Part shown: positions 1 through 12,902 of the stretch, in pieces
Numbering within the stretch: the stretch's first letter is position 1
Layout: each line of letters begins with the position of its first letter
Assembly (NCBI GenBank): GCA_051313645.2
Contig: JBNRSN020000005.1
Span: 10,850,001 to 10,914,000 of the forward strand
Reading direction: 5' to 3'
Length of the DNA: 64,000 bases
DNA from: Centroscyllium fabricii
Lineage: Eukaryota
Position numbers and translations under genes: made by a program
Notes under the pieces: model-generated
What the model was told of the DNA's origin: nothing
The model's database searches: none
What the model saw: the letters and a program-made list of their open reading frames with translations, nothing else

Positions 1-700
1 CACGGGGCTGCGCGCTGTCTTAGCTTCGAGGGGCTACTAACAGGGCGCAATGCCCCTAGCGACCGAACGCGGCACCGCTAACACCTCCCGTGAAATTCAG
101 CGGGAGGTTAGCGACGGCGGTAGCCGGTTGCACCCCACGGCGTTGCGCCTTCAGCGATGATGTCATCGCCCTGCGCAGTGCTCCGCTCGTGCCCTGGCCA
201 CAAACTTGGCTTGCGCCCCCCCCCGACCTACCGCCGGACGCTGCGTCCGACAGGGTCAGGGTGCCGTGTCTGTTGCCGGGGCGCCGCAAATGAAAGGGCA
301 GGTGCCGGGGGGGGGGGGGGGGCAATTTTTTTTTGGGCCGCCTGCCAGCACCTGGTCCCCTCTCGCCTCCTCCTGCAGGATGCCGGCTACGATCGGTCAG
401 CCCAGCATTCAAAGTGCCGGGCTCTTTTGCCGGCACCCTGATCCCTAATTGTCCAGCAGACCCCGGTGCGCGCTGCACTAGGCCTCTCCCCTTTAATCAG
501 GGAACGGAGGCCTGCTTCACGTAGCGCCGTGCTATTCAATGGGAGCGCCCGAAGAGGGAGGGGGCGTGCTTCCAGTAGCGCCCCGCCTCCTGCTTGGGGC
601 GCTACCATTCAATTTCGGGTGCTGGGGCGGTAACCTTTCGGGGCGCTGAAAGTAGTGCGTCGGCAAGGTTAGTGCTGCAAAGGGGACGTGACCCAATTTC
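1..700. mobile_element. GC-rich palindromic MITE fragment (same family as 23723-24447)
   Basis: Shares cgctaacacctcccgtgaaattcagcgggaggttagcg and later blocks with 23815-24440. Confidence 0.7.
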
Positions 701-1313
701 AAGAAGCATTTGGATGAGCACTTGAAATGCCACAGCATACAAGGCTATGGACCAAATGCGGGAAAATGGGATTAGTATAGACTGGGATTGATGGGCGGCC
801 CGGACGCGATGGGCCAAAGGGCCTCTTTCTGTGCTGTATTACTCTATGACTCCATGACTCTAACCCTGTTCTGCCATTCAGTTAGATCATGGCTGATTTG
901 TATGTCAACTCCTTTGTTTTATATCCCTTGATACCAATGACTGAGTAACAATCTATCAATCTCAGTTTTGAACATATCAATTGACCCAGTGTATACAGTC
1001 TTTTGGGAGAGTGCGTTCCTGATTTCCAGCATTCTTTACGTGAAAAGTGCTTCCTGATTTCGCTCCTGAACGTCCTGGCTCTAATTTTCAGATTGTGTCC
1101 CCGGGTCTGGAGTCCCCCACCAGAGGAAGTCGTTCCCCAAACATCGACCCAATCAAATCTCTTTATCATTTTAAACAACTCGATGAGATTACCCCTCGAC
1201 TTTCTAAAACTCGGGAATACAAGCCAGGCTTATGCAACCTCTCCTCATAATTCAACCCGTTAAGCCCTGACGTGATTCTGGTGAATCAATGCTTAAGCCC
1301 CCTACAAGGCCAT

Positions 1314-1861
1314 TGCACCGTTAATCCGGCACCCTCGGGACCAGGCCGGTGCCGGACCACTGAAAATGCCAAAGCACTGAAGGTTCAGGGCACGCATGCA
1401 CAGACCAGTCAAAATGGCCGCTGTGCATGCGCAGACCAGTCAAAATGGCCGCTGCGCATGCGCAGACCAGTCAAAGAGTGAGGGAATGGGATTCGCAGTC
1501 CTGGGACTGTCCGGTGCTACCGGGGAGAGACCCACGCATCGCGGGGTGCTGCCGGGGAGAGGCCCGCGCATCGCGGGGTGCTGCCGGGGAGAGGCCCATG
1601 TATCGCGGGGTGCTGCCGGGGAGAGGCCCATGCATCGCGGGGTGCTGCCGGGGAGAGCCCCGCGCATCGCGGGGTGCTGCTGGGGAGAGCCCCGCGCATC
1701 GCGGGGTGCTGCCGGGGAGAGGCCCGTCCATCGCGGGGTGCTGCCGAGGAGAGGCCTGCGCATTGTGAGCGTCCCTGGGATCACGTGGGCCGACCAGCGG
1801 AATTCGTGCCGGACCACTGAAGGTGCCGAATTATCGGGTGCCGGATTACCGGTGCACAACC
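1314..1861. mobile_element. Tc1/mariner-pogo-like MITE carrying a 32-bp minisatellite
   Basis: Inverted ends tgcaccgttaatccggcaccc / gggtgccggattaccggtgca, related to the CAGGTTGAGCACCG family. About 7 copies of gcatcgcggggtgctgccggggagaggcccgc at 1536-1760. Confidence 0.7.
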
Positions 1862-2069
1862 TAAATATCCTTCTTGAGATGCAATGTCCAAAACTGAAGG
1901 CAGTTCTCCAGAGGGGGTCTGGCCAAGGCTCTACACACTCTATTACTTCCTCGCCTTTGTATCCCAACCTCTTTGAGATAAAGGCCAACATTTCATTAGC
2001 CCTTTTTGCATACTGTGCTCTTTTAATGATCGGTGTATGTGGACACCTAAATCCCTTTGCTCAACCACA

Positions 2070-3125
2070 TATAGAAACATGGAAACATAGAAGATAGGAG
2101 CAGGAGTAGGCCATTCGGCCCTTCGAGCCTGCTCCGCCATACAATGAGATCATGGCTGATCTTTCAAGTTCAGTACCCCGTCCCCGCCCTTTCTCCGTAA
2201 CCCCTAATCCCCTTAGCCCGAAGAAATATATCCAATTCCCTCTTAAATATATTTAATGAACTGGCCTCCACTGCCCTCCGTGGCAAGGAATTCCACAGGC
2301 TCACCACTCTCTGGGTGAAGAAATTCTTCCTCATATCTGTCCTAAATGGTTTACCCCTTATCCTCAGACTGTGGCCCCTGGTTCTGGACTCCCCCGTCAT
2401 TGGAAACATTCTTTCTGAATCTAACCTGTCCAGGCCTGTCAGAATTTTATATGTTTCGATGAGATCCCCTCTCAATCTTCTAAACTCCAGAGAGTACAAG
2501 CCCAAACTACACAATCTCTCCTCGTAGGTCATTCCTGCCATTCCAGGTATCATCCTGGTGAATCGCCGCTGCACTCCTTCCATGGCAAGAACATCCTTCC
2601 TCAGATGAGGCGACCAAAACTGTACACAATACTCAAGGTGTGGTCTCACCAGTGCCTTGTACAGCTGTAGTAAGGTATCCTTATTCCTATACTCGAACCC
2701 TCTTGATATGAAGGCCAACATACCATTTGCCTTCTTAACCGCCTGTTGCACCTGCATGCTCGCCTTCAGTGACTGGTGCACAAGAACACCCAGGTCTCTC
2801 TGCACTTCCCCATCTCCCAATCTATTGCCATTTAAATAATAATCTGCCCTCCTGTTTTTGCCCCCTAAGCGGATAACCTCACATTTATCCACATTATAGT
2901 GCATTTGCCATGTATCCGCCCATTCCCCCAACTTGTCCAAATCGCACTGGAGCTTCCTGACATCCTCTTCAGAGCCCACCCCCCCTCCTAGTTTAGTGTC
3001 GTCTGCAAATTTGGAGATGTTGCATCCAATTCCCTGGTCCAGATCATTAATATATATTGTGAACAGCTGGGGTCCCAGGACAGATCCCTGCGGCACCCCA
3101 CTAGTCACCGCCTGCCACTCAGAGA
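2070..3125 (-). mobile_element. CR1 LINE, 5'-truncated, RT C-terminal ORF open (2170..3108)
   Basis: SGVPQGSVLGP, KFADDTK and RPHLEYCVQFW motifs; (ttctatgt)n tail. Confidence 0.95.
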
Positions 3126-3220
3126 ATATGTCGTTCCTTGCGTATGGCTTCTTTAGCGCTGTTAACTATTGATTTCCCTCTGTGTTTGACACTTACAGTT
3201 TCACTGTCCTTTATCCACAG

Positions 3221-3335
3221 TGAGCTGCCCTTTGGATGAAAACCCAGCTCATTATGTTTGGAAGGACACCATGCCAAAGACCACCCAACATCTGCCCTGC
3301 CTCTCAAATCAAGGCAAATACGCCAGCAGGAAATG
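3221..3335 (+). CDS. ADGRG6: ADGRG6/GPR126 exon (HormR domain, SCPLDENPAHYVWKDTMPKTTQHLPCLSNQGKYASRKC)
   Basis: ttatccacag acceptor, gtaat donor. The C-x9-W...LPC...ASRxC pattern matches the recalled GPR126 HormR domain. Phase 2 end joins the next exon. Confidence 0.88.
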
Positions 3336-3499
3336 GTAATGCCAATTAGATTCTTTTCGCGTTGCTTACAGCTAACTGTTTAAATGAAGGGGGCTGCATG
3401 AGGGATCTGTGTGGCGTGGAGGATTACAACACTGTCCTTTCAGCTCCGCCCAACTGATGAGATGCAAGTCCCCCTCCCTCTCTTTGATGGATTAATATT

Positions 3500-3866
3500 T
3501 TTTTATCCATTCCTGGAATCTAGGCATCACTGGCAAGGCCAGCATTTATTGCCCATCCCTAATTGCCTGTGAGAAGGTGGTGGTGGGCCACCTTCTTGAA
3601 CCGCTGCAGTCCGTGTGGTGAAGGTACTCCCACAGTGCTGTTAGGGAGGGAGTTCCAGGATTTTGACCCAGCAACGATGAAGGATCGGCGATATACTTCC
3701 AAGTTATGTGTGACTTGGAGGGGAACTTGGAGGTGGTGCTGTTCCCATGCGCCTGCTGCCCTTGTCCTTCTCGGTGGAAGAGGTCGCGGGTTTGGGAGGT
3801 GCTGCTGAAGAAGCCTTGGCGAGTTGCTGCAGTGCATCTTGTAGATGGTATACACTGCAGCCACGG
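3500..3866 (-). mobile_element. 3' fragment of a second CR1/L2-group LINE family
   Basis: CTIYKMHCSNSPRLL...WNSLP...FKKAAHHHLL C-terminus shared with 29490, 38255, 39347 and 47310. Confidence 0.85.
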
Positions 3867-4254
3867 TTGTAAGGACCCTACAGTGCAGTCTCTCAGCACA
3901 AGCCCATACTGAGTTTTGCAGGGGTTCATGCAATAGTCAACAGTCTCACGTGGAGATACTGGGAGTACTCCCTTTACCATTGGGGCACTGGGATTTTGCC
4001 TACTGCAGGTCCAGCTACGCTACTTTACAGATCCCTTGAAAATCCCAGGGCAGTGAAGAGAAGGCGACGGAAACTTGAAGCCATGGTCCTGGGGACTAGG
4101 GTTGCCAACACCTCCAGGATTGGCCTGGAGTCTCCAGGAATCAAAGACTAAGTTCCAGGACACTGCTGCCAGCAAAAACCGGGAGAAAAATCATAGGGGC
4201 AACAAAATATTTTTAAAAAAAATAATCTTTGAATGCTTTTGTTCAATAGTCACA

Positions 4255-4848
4255 AAAATATATACTGATGGAGCTGTACAAAATGCTGGTAAGGCCACAG
4301 CTGGAGTACTGTGTGCAGTTCTGGTCGCCACACTACAGGAAGGATGTAATAGCTTTGGAGAGGGTGCAGAGGAGATTCACCAGGATGCTGCCTGGGCTGG
4401 GGAGCTTCAGCTATGAAGAGAGACTGGACAGGCTGGGGTTGTTTTCCTTGGAGCAGAGGAGGCTGAGGGGGGAAACTGATTGAGGTGTACAAAATTATGA
4501 GGGGAATAGATAGGGTGGATGGAGTGGAACTTTTTCCCTTGGTTGAGGGGACAATAACTAGGGGGCATAATTTCAGGGTAAGGGGCAGGGGGTATCGTGG
4601 GGATGTGAGGAAGAACTTTTTCACCCAGAGGGTGGTTGGAATCTGGAACTCACTGCCTGAAAGGGTGGTAGAGGCGGGAACCCTCACAACATTCAAGAAG
4701 CATTTGGATGAGCACTTGAAGTGCCATAGCATACAAGGCTATGGACCAAATGCGGGAAAATGGGAGTAGTATAGACTGGGATTGATGGGCGGCACGGACG
4801 CGATGGGCCGAAGGGCCTCTTTCTGTGCTGTATTACTCTATGACTCTA
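4255..4848 (+). mobile_element. CR1 3' fragment inserted in a ctagggttgcca-type element (about 4097-5060)
   Basis: ORFs 4268..4483 and 4485..4769 are CR1 RT C-terminus with a frameshift. The host resembles 61280-61510. Confidence 0.85.
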
Positions 4849-6210
4849 CAAGGAAAAGAAAGGCTGCTTGACTGACGGTCAAGAATCATTCAATTGGCTA
4901 ATGAAGTGTCTGTTTGCTTTCCAATTGGCTGGGAAGGCAGGGCATCATGCGGATGGCCCTGCCGGGTGGCCAATGGCAGAATCCTGGGGGCAGGGCAGTT
5001 GACGGTAAGAAGTCATGTGATGACACGTCCCGGGAACACGACTGGGGACTGAGTGTTCCTCAGACACAACAAAAAGGGAAATCTGTCCCGATAGCTTTCT
5101 AAGGTGGAGTTGAGAAAAGACAAAAGAGGCATCAAGGGGTATGGGGAGAGAGCGGGAATATGGTATTGAGAGAGAGGGTCAGCCATGATCATATTGAATG
5201 GCGGAGCAGGCTCGAAGGGCCAAATGGCCGACTCCTGCTCCTATTTTTTCTCTGTTTTTTGGACAAGAAAAGGCGCGTCGCTCCAGAATTTCCTTCCGGT
5301 TTCACTGCAAGATGGTTTCAAAAATTCACGTCCTGTCCCCAAATGTGGAATATCAGTCTTGACCCTGCACCCAATGTTCCCGTTAAGCTGTGCCTCCGTG
5401 CGGCTGTGCAGTGGTCCGGAGCTCCCACACAGACTGCCCACCGGCTTTTTAATGGAAAAACCGCGTATGTGCGGAAATTTGAATGGGCCACACAGCCCGT
5501 TAAAGGGGCCGCGCACCCAAAAACAAATTAGAGGGAACATTGCCTGCACCCCCCCCCCGCCCCCGCCACTGCCCTTTTAATTACAGGTCACCTGTAGACA
5601 TTATCTAGTAACTCAAACGGCTAAACGCTGAACAAGCAAAAATACTGACCTTGTCTGATGGAAATCTGAAATAAAAACAGAAAATTGCTGGAAATATTCA
5701 GCGGGTCAGGCAGCATCTGCGGAGAGGGAGACAGAGTTAGCGTTTCCGGTCGGTGACATTTCGTCAGAACCGATATCGCTAAACAGTAATAGCGTGTTCC
5801 GCTGTCAGGTGACCAGTAACAAGGAGCATGGGTAATTCCTTGCCTTCTGCAGCAAAACATTGATTTTAAAAATGTATATGTTATTTTTACATAATTAATA
5901 AATAATAATACTTATATAAAACCTTGTCACATTGTCAAAGCATTGCAAAATGCCAAGATACATAGAAGAAACCATCCTAGCTCATCCACCCTGAAAGACC
6001 TCGCAGTTCCCCCGTCGCAGTACCCAGCTGTTTGTTCAGCGATTCCAAGGTTTCTGCCTCCATGACCTTGCCGATCAGTCAGTTCCACATGTCAAACACT
6101 CTTTGCATGAAAAGCCTCCCAATGATTGACCCCCGAGCCCCTTATTCTTGGAAGAGGTGTCCAGGGTCAGTGCAGTGACTGCTCTTACAATGATGAAATA
6201 TAAATCCAAT

Positions 6211-7322
6211 GGCCCAGAAATTCGGGTCGGAGGCTTCCCGGTGGCACGGTGGCATAGTGGTTAGCACTGTTGCCTCACAGCTCTGGAGACCCGGGTTCAA
6301 ATCCAGCCTCGGGTACCATCTGTGTGGAGTTTGCACATTCTCCCCGTGTCTGCATGGGTATCCTCCGGGTGCTCCGGTTTCCTCCCACAGTCCAAAGATG
6401 TGCGGGTTAGGTTGATTGGCCAGGATAAATTGACCCTTAGTGTTAGGGGGATTGAATATGTGGGGTTATTGGGATAGGGTGGGATGTGTGTCGGTGCAGG
6501 CTCGATAGGGATCGAGGGATATGGGGAGAGGGCAGGGGTGGGGTACTGGGTTTGGATGATCAGCCATGATCTCATTGAATGGCGGAGCAGGCTCGAAGGG
6601 CCGAATGGCCGACTACTGCTCCGATCTTCTATGTTTCCCGCGTGTGCGAGCCTCCAACCTGCACTCACCTAACGCGCCAGCCGTCGAGCTGTGGGCCCGC
6701 GTGGAATTCCGATGCGGGGCCTCTTCCAACTGCCGGCGCGCCGCGCTCCCGTATCCCTGCGGCGCAGTTAGTGCGAGGGATCGCGCGGGATCACGTGGGC
6801 CATGGAGAGCACAGAATGCTCCATTCATAAGTTTGACAGGAACCTGTCAAAAGTATGAAAACTACAAGCCCCAAAACATCACTAAATCTTCAAATAAATT
6901 TTAAAAAATCTAATTTTTTAAAATAACTATCAATTACATTAAATAACTATTTTAAACAATAATTAAAATGTTTTTAAAAATTAATTATTTTTTCTGACAG
7001 GGCTAAAAATATACGTACTTTTCTTTAAAGTATTTAAAAATAATAAACCTGTGGAAAAAATGTTTTAATTTGAATTAATTCACCACTTACCTTGTTAAAA
7101 CCTGTCTTTGCACATTACATTATCAGCCGTAACTTTTTCATACTTACCCAGACACAGAATCTTATTAAAAAATCGGAAGTGCAGTGCGCACGCGCTGCCG
7201 CTCCCGCGCACTCGTTCCGACCTCTGAACCCTTTCTGTGCATGCACGAAACTGTCACTTTGGATGGGCCTACGCGCGAGTACCCAGCGCGTACTCACGCG
7301 TTGGGACCCGAATATCTGGGCC
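6211..7322. mobile_element. MITE family A (TIR GGCCCAGAAATTCGGGTC) with nested SINE
   Basis: ggcccagaaattcgggtc ... gacccgaatatctgggcc, flanks aat/att. Other copies at 36491, 49369 and 55000. Confidence 0.85.
6241..6634 (+). mobile_element. tRNA-derived HE1/V-SINE with composite CR1 tail
   Basis: A/B boxes tggcatagtgg / ggttcaaatcc, V-core gggtgctccggtttcctcccaca, TSD ttcccg. Confidence 0.9.
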
Positions 7323-8401
7323 ATTGGCTAACATAGGAACAGGAGGAAGCCATATGGCCCATCAAGCCTGTTCCATTCAATGAGATCATGGCTGACCTGT
7401 ATCTTAACTCTATCTACCCGCCTTCATACCCTTACCTATCCTAGGGACATAGGAACCTGGGAACAGGAGGAGGCCATTCAGCCCCTCGAGCCTGTTCCGC
7501 CACTCACCGAGACCATGGCTGATCTGCGATCTAACTCCATACACCCGCCTTTGGGCCAAATCCCGTGATATCTTTGGTTGACAAAAATCTAAAAATCTTT
7601 AAAATTAACAATTGATCCAGCATCAATTGCCATTTGCGGAAAAGAGTTCCAAACTTCTACCACCATTTGGGGGAGATTTTCATGTCTCCGTGAGGTGGGG
7701 TTTTTGGCGGCCCAGCCGGCAAAATAGCGGAGCCGGCAGGTCCCACCCCCCCCACCCACCGTATACCCGCCGCTTTCTCATTTTCCCCCACCCAGATTCC
7801 CCGCCCCGAAACCTTCCCACCGCCGGCCGGCGGGGATGGGTTGTCACCTCATTAAGGGCCCTTAATTGGCATCTTTAATGCCATTTTAAGGGCCCTCAGC
7901 CATTTTGCCCTGTTTCCCGCCCTAACCCCATCACCTTAAACCCCGCTGGGTTAAACCCAGCGGGAGCACAGCGCTAGTTATAACTTTCTCCTTCAAGGTG
8001 TGAAGGACATGCTGCCAAATGTTTGCCATGCCTCCTGCACCTTAGAGGAGTAAATAACTCCGCTGTGGCTGCAGCAGCTGTGAGCAGAAACTGAGAAATC
8101 TCAGTTCTCAACATTTCCTCACAGCAGTGCCGAGCTGTCAAGAATTCTGAGCCCGCCCGCCCACCTGTCAGTCACCAGCACTTGACGATTCCCATTGGCT
8201 CCACTCCACTGTGATGTCACAGTGGAGTGTTTCCATGGGAACTATCAACAACCAGTGCTGGAACTGTCAATCAAGCTGCTCGCAGACCCGATGCAGCCCC
8301 GACTCATAGAACATAGAACATAGAACATACAGCACTGTACAGGCTCTTGGGCCCTCAATGTAGTGCCGCCCTTATTCCGTCTCTGATTTTTCCTGTCCCC
8401 C

Positions 8402-11279
8402 CTACTGTTCCTTCCCTTCCATGTACCTGTCTATCATCCTTTTAAAAGCACCCAGACTGTCCGCATCCACTATTTCAGATGGTAGCCTATTCCATTCCCC
8501 GACCACTCTTTGTGTGAAGAACTTGCCCCTGCCATCCCGTCTGAATCTTCCTCCTTGAATCTTGTGCTCGTGTCCTCTTGTTGTCGTTCTTCCCGCCCGG
8601 GGAAACAGTCTTTGCACATTTACTCTGTCGATCCCCTTCATCATTTTATACATCTCTATCAGGTCCCCCCTCTTCCTTCTTCGTTCCAGGGAGAAGAGTC
8701 CCAGTTCCCTTAACCGTTCCTCGTATGACTTTCCCCCCATTCCCGGCAGCATCCTGGTGAATCTCCTCTGCACTCTTTCCAGTGCCTCCACATCCCTCCT
8801 GTAGTACGGTGCCCAGAACTGCACACAGTACTCCACGTGTGGTCTCACCAGTGACCTGTACAACTGCAGCATGACCTCCCGGTTCTTAAACTCTATTCCC
8901 CTGTTGATGAAGGCCAATACACCATAGGCCTTTTTTACTGCTTTGTCCACCTGGGTGGCAGCCTTCAGTGATCTGTGTACATATACTCCCAGATCCCTTT
9001 GCTCCTCTGCTTCACTCAGGATCCTGCCGTTGACCCTATATTCCCTCTTCCTATTTGCCCTGCCGAAGTGCATCACCTCGCATTTCCCCGTGTTGAACTC
9101 CATTTGCCATTCTTCAGCCCAGCTCTGCATCCTGTCTATATCCCTCTGAATCGTTCTACTCCCTTCCTCCTCATCCACTACTCCCCCAATCTTTGTGTCA
9201 TCTGCAAATTTGCTGACCCACCCCTCAGCCCCCTCCTCCAAGTCATTGATGAAGATTACAAACAGTAGTGGCCCCAACACCGACCCCTGTGGTACCCCGC
9301 TGGTGACCGGTCTCCAGCTCGAGTATTGGCCTTCTACCACTACCCTCTGCTTCCTCTGAGCCAGCCAGTTCTCAATCCATCCCACCACTTTGCTGCTTAC
9401 CCCGCAACTCCTTACTTTCTTCATGAGCCGACCGTGCGGGACCTTGTCGAACGCCTTGCTGAAGTCCATATATATGACATCAACCGCCTTTCCCTCGTCC
9501 ACACTCTTGGTCACCTCTTCAAAGAATTCTATCAGGTTGGTCAGGCACGATTTACCCTTAACAAAACCGTGCTGACTGCTTCTGATTAATTTGCCCCTTT
9601 CTAGATGGTCGTAGATCTTGTCCCTCAGGACCCTTTCCATCATCTTTCCAACCACTGAGGTGAGGCTGACTGGTCTGTAGTTCCCTGGCACGTCCCTTTT
9701 CCCCTTTTTAAATATGGGAGCCACATTCGCCTCTCTCCAGTCCTCAGGGACTATCCCCGAGGATAGCGATGATCTAAAGATAGAGGTCAGTGGCTCTGCG
9801 ATTTCGTTCCTCGCCTCCCAGAGAATCCTTGGATATATCCCGTCTGGCCCAGGAGATTTGTCTACCTTTAGTTTCTCCAAAATATCTAATACCTCCCCCC
9901 TCTGGATATTTACTTCCCCCATCCTTTCCCCTTGTATCTTGAACTCCCCCTCTACTTTTTGTTCCCTCTCCCTTGTGAACACGGACGCAAAATATTCGTT
10001 TAGTGCTTCCCCAATTTCCTCTGGCTCCGTGCACGTTTCTCCCTTGCTGTCTTTGATCGGCCCTACTCTTACCCTAGTCATCCTTTTGTTTCTTACGTAC
10101 GCATAGAAAGCCTTAGGGTTCTCCTTTATCCTTCTCGCTAATGCCTTCTCGTGCCCTCCCTTTGCCTTCCTTAGCCCATTTTTCAGATTTTTCCTTGCTT
10201 CTTTGTACTCCCTTCCCGCCCCTTCTGTACTCTGTTTTCTCATTTTATCACATGCTTCCTTCTTCTTTTTTACTAATTGTTCTACCTCTTTCGTGATCCA
10301 TGGTTCTCTCATCTTACCCTTTTTTCCCATCCTACTCGGGACATGCTTATCCAGGGCTTTCAAAATTTTCTCCCTGAACACTCTCCATTTTTCTTCCGTT
10401 CCTCTCCCCGCAAGTTCCCGTTCCCAGTTGGTGTTAGCTAAATCGTGCCTAACCCTGTCATAATTTCCCCTCCCCCAGCTGTATACCTTACCCTGCCTCC
10501 TGCTCCTATCCTTCTCCATTACTATTGTGAACGTCACCGAATTGTGGTCACTGTCCCCAAAGTGCTCCCTTACCCCCAGTTCTACCACTTGGCCTGGTTC
10601 ATTTCCCAGAACCAGGTCCAACGTTGCCCCCCCCACTTGTTGGTTCCTCCACGTATTGTGTCAGGAAACCTTCCTGTATGCATTGTAGGAAAATCTCACC
10701 CTCTGCACTCTTTGACCTACCTAGATTCCAGTCTATATTAGGGAAATTGAAATCTCCCATTATAACTACCCTCTGTCCCCCACATCTTTCCTTTATTTGT
10801 CGCGCAATTTCCTCCTCCACCTCCCTGCTACTATTTGGTGGTCTATAGAAGACTCCCACTAACGTTACCGCCCCCTTCCTATTCCTAAGCTCCGCCCATA
10901 CTACCTCCGTTCGTGTGTCCCCCTCAAAGTTTTTTTCTGTAGCCGTCACGTTGTCCTTGACCAGCAGTGCTACTCCCCCCCCGCGCTTTCCTCCCTCCCT
11001 GCTCCTCCAGAAGCTTCTGTATCCCGGGACCCCAAGCATCCAGTCCTGTCCCTGCTCCAGCCATGTCTCTGTAATGGCCACCACATCGTAGTCCCATGCC
11101 GCCATCCATGCCCCTAACTCCCCTGCCTTGTTCCTTATACTTCTTGCATTGAAGTAGGCGCATTTCAGACCCCTTTCCCTTCCCTGTGTCCTTGGTTCTC
11201 CCCCCTTTTCCTCGTTGCTCCCCGGTCTCCCCTGTGTTTCCCTGCCCGTTTCCCCATCCCCCTGGCCAATTATTTTAAA
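8402..11279 (-). CDS. CR1 ORF2 (AP endonuclease + reverse transcriptase), one frameshift in a G run near 10630
   Basis: YFNARSI, ITETWL, VFYRPP, MGDFNFP, SDHN, NYRPVSLTS, DFSKAFD, FADD motifs. ORFs 10599..11105 and 8402..10636. Confidence 0.93.
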
Positions 11280-11435
11280 TCCCCCTTTATGGCTGAATCG
11301 AGTTTACCACCCAGAATGCTGATGCCCTTTCGGTTCAGGTGCAAGCCGTCCTCATCATACAGATCCCACCTTACCCCGAACGATCCCCAATTGTCCACGA
11401 ACCCCATGCCCTCCCTTCCGCACCAGTCTTTTAGG
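11270..11435 (-). CDS. C-terminal part of CR1 ORF1 (SGNH esterase-like)
   Basis: LKDWCGREGMGFVDNW...DLYDEDGLHLNRKG; DGLHL is the esterase block V motif. Confidence 0.85.
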
Positions 11436-11921
11436 GACTCGATTGACCTAATTACCTCTTGCTGCCGCCGACGGGGATTTAACAACCTAATTAAACTAAA
11501 ATTGCGTGGCCTTCCCAGCTGTTTGGGCGGGCGGGGCCGGATGTGGCCAAGACCAATCCCCGCCAGGTTCCCGTCCTACTGGCGAAATCCCCCCCTTTGT
11601 GTGTAGAAGTGTTTCCTAATTTCACTCCTGAAAGGTCTGCCTCTAATTTTTAGACTATTCCCCAGTCCTAGAATCCCCAACCAGCGGAAATAGTTTCTCT
11701 CTGTCTACCCTATTAGTTCCGCTTAATATCTTGAAAATAGATAAATCTCTTGAAATTTTTAATTGACCGCCAGCATCAACAGCTTTATGGTGGAGAGAGT
11801 TCTAGATTTCCACTGTCCGTTGTGTGAGGAGGTGCTTCCTGACATCACCTTTGAACAGACGAGCTCTAATTTGAAGGCTATGCCCCCTTGTTCTGGACTT
11901 CCCCACCAGAGGAAATAGTAT

Positions 11922-12682
11922 GGGGGGCTAAATTGGCCAGCCCACGTTTTGTGGCGCTGACCTCGGCGCTGCGCTATATTTAGCGGCAGCTCATCGCTGG
12001 CGCTGTTGGGGCCCAAATTCGCCGGCATCGCCCATAATGGGAGGGCGGGCGCTAAAGCAGGGGGGCCGCCTCGCTCATGCTGCGAGGCGGCCGAATATTG
12101 GGGCGCGGGTGCGTCGCTGCGCCAAGGAGCGCATAGCGGTGGCCCGCGGTACTGCAGGCCTTCCTCCCCGATTAAAGGGAAGGGCCCTAGCGCGGCTGCG
12201 GCCGGAACCCCGCGGGGCCGCCGTGGGACCAGACTCACCAGAAGGAGCCCGGCACTGGAGGGAAGTGCCGTTCTCAGTTGCCGGAGGCCTGACCCCGCCG
12301 GGGGAGCAGCGGGGGAGGCCGGGGGAGGCCGAGGGGGAAGGTGCTGGCAGTCGGCCAGCAATAAAAATGGCCGACCGCCACACTCCCCTTTAAGCAGCAC
12401 TCCAGCGCTGCTGTTGCGGCCCCAAAAAGCTGGCGCGGGCAGCGCCCAGCGATAAATCAGCGGGCACTGCCCAATTTCAGTCATGGGCGCCTCCCAGGCA
12501 CAGCGCGGGCTGATGACGTCATTCCCGACGTCCAGCTGGGCGCTAAATTCGTTGGGGTGCTGTCAGTTAGCCCCCAACTTAGCGATCACCTGAATTTCAC
12601 ACTGGGTGTGAGCGCTAGCGGTAATTCTGTAGCGCCCGATTAGCGCCAACGGGCCGGCACTAGAGCGCCAATTTCGTGCCCC
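11922..12682. mobile_element. GC-rich MITE (ggggggctaaattggc...gccaatttcgtgcccc) inside a CR1 fragment
   Basis: Imperfect TIRs; CR1 sequence resumes on both sides; related to 23723-24447 in reverse. Confidence 0.75.
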
Positions 12683-12902
12683 TTATCTCTATCCATCCTA
12701 TCAAATACTTTAATCGTCTTAAACACCTTGATCAGGTCACCCTTTAATCTTCGATATTCAAGTGAATACAAGTCTAGTCTATGGAACCTGTCCTCATAAG
12801 TTAACCCTTTGAGCCCCGGTATTATTCTGGTGAATCTGCGCTGTGCCCCCTCCGAGGCCGATATATCCTTACTGACGTGTGGTGCCCAGAACTGAACGCA
12901 GT

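Larger units (their letters stand above)
8306..11435 (-). mobile_element. Young CR1 LINE: end of ORF1 plus near-complete ORF2
   Basis: gactc duplicated at 8301-8305 and 11436-11440; (ttctatg)n tail; long open frames. Confidence 0.96.
7669..11595. mobile_element. MITE family C (GGGGGAGATTT...AAATCCCCCCC, TSD TTT), split by a CR1
   Basis: Inverted termini and ttt flanks; homologous to the reverse copy at 44021-45465. Confidence 0.8.

Noticed and set aside
6241-6312. tRNA genes
   Set aside because: These are tRNA-derived SINE heads running into V-core and CR1 tails.
11759-12484. 241-aa ORF or CpG-island promoter
   Set aside because: GC-rich MITE with inverted termini and related copies in the window.
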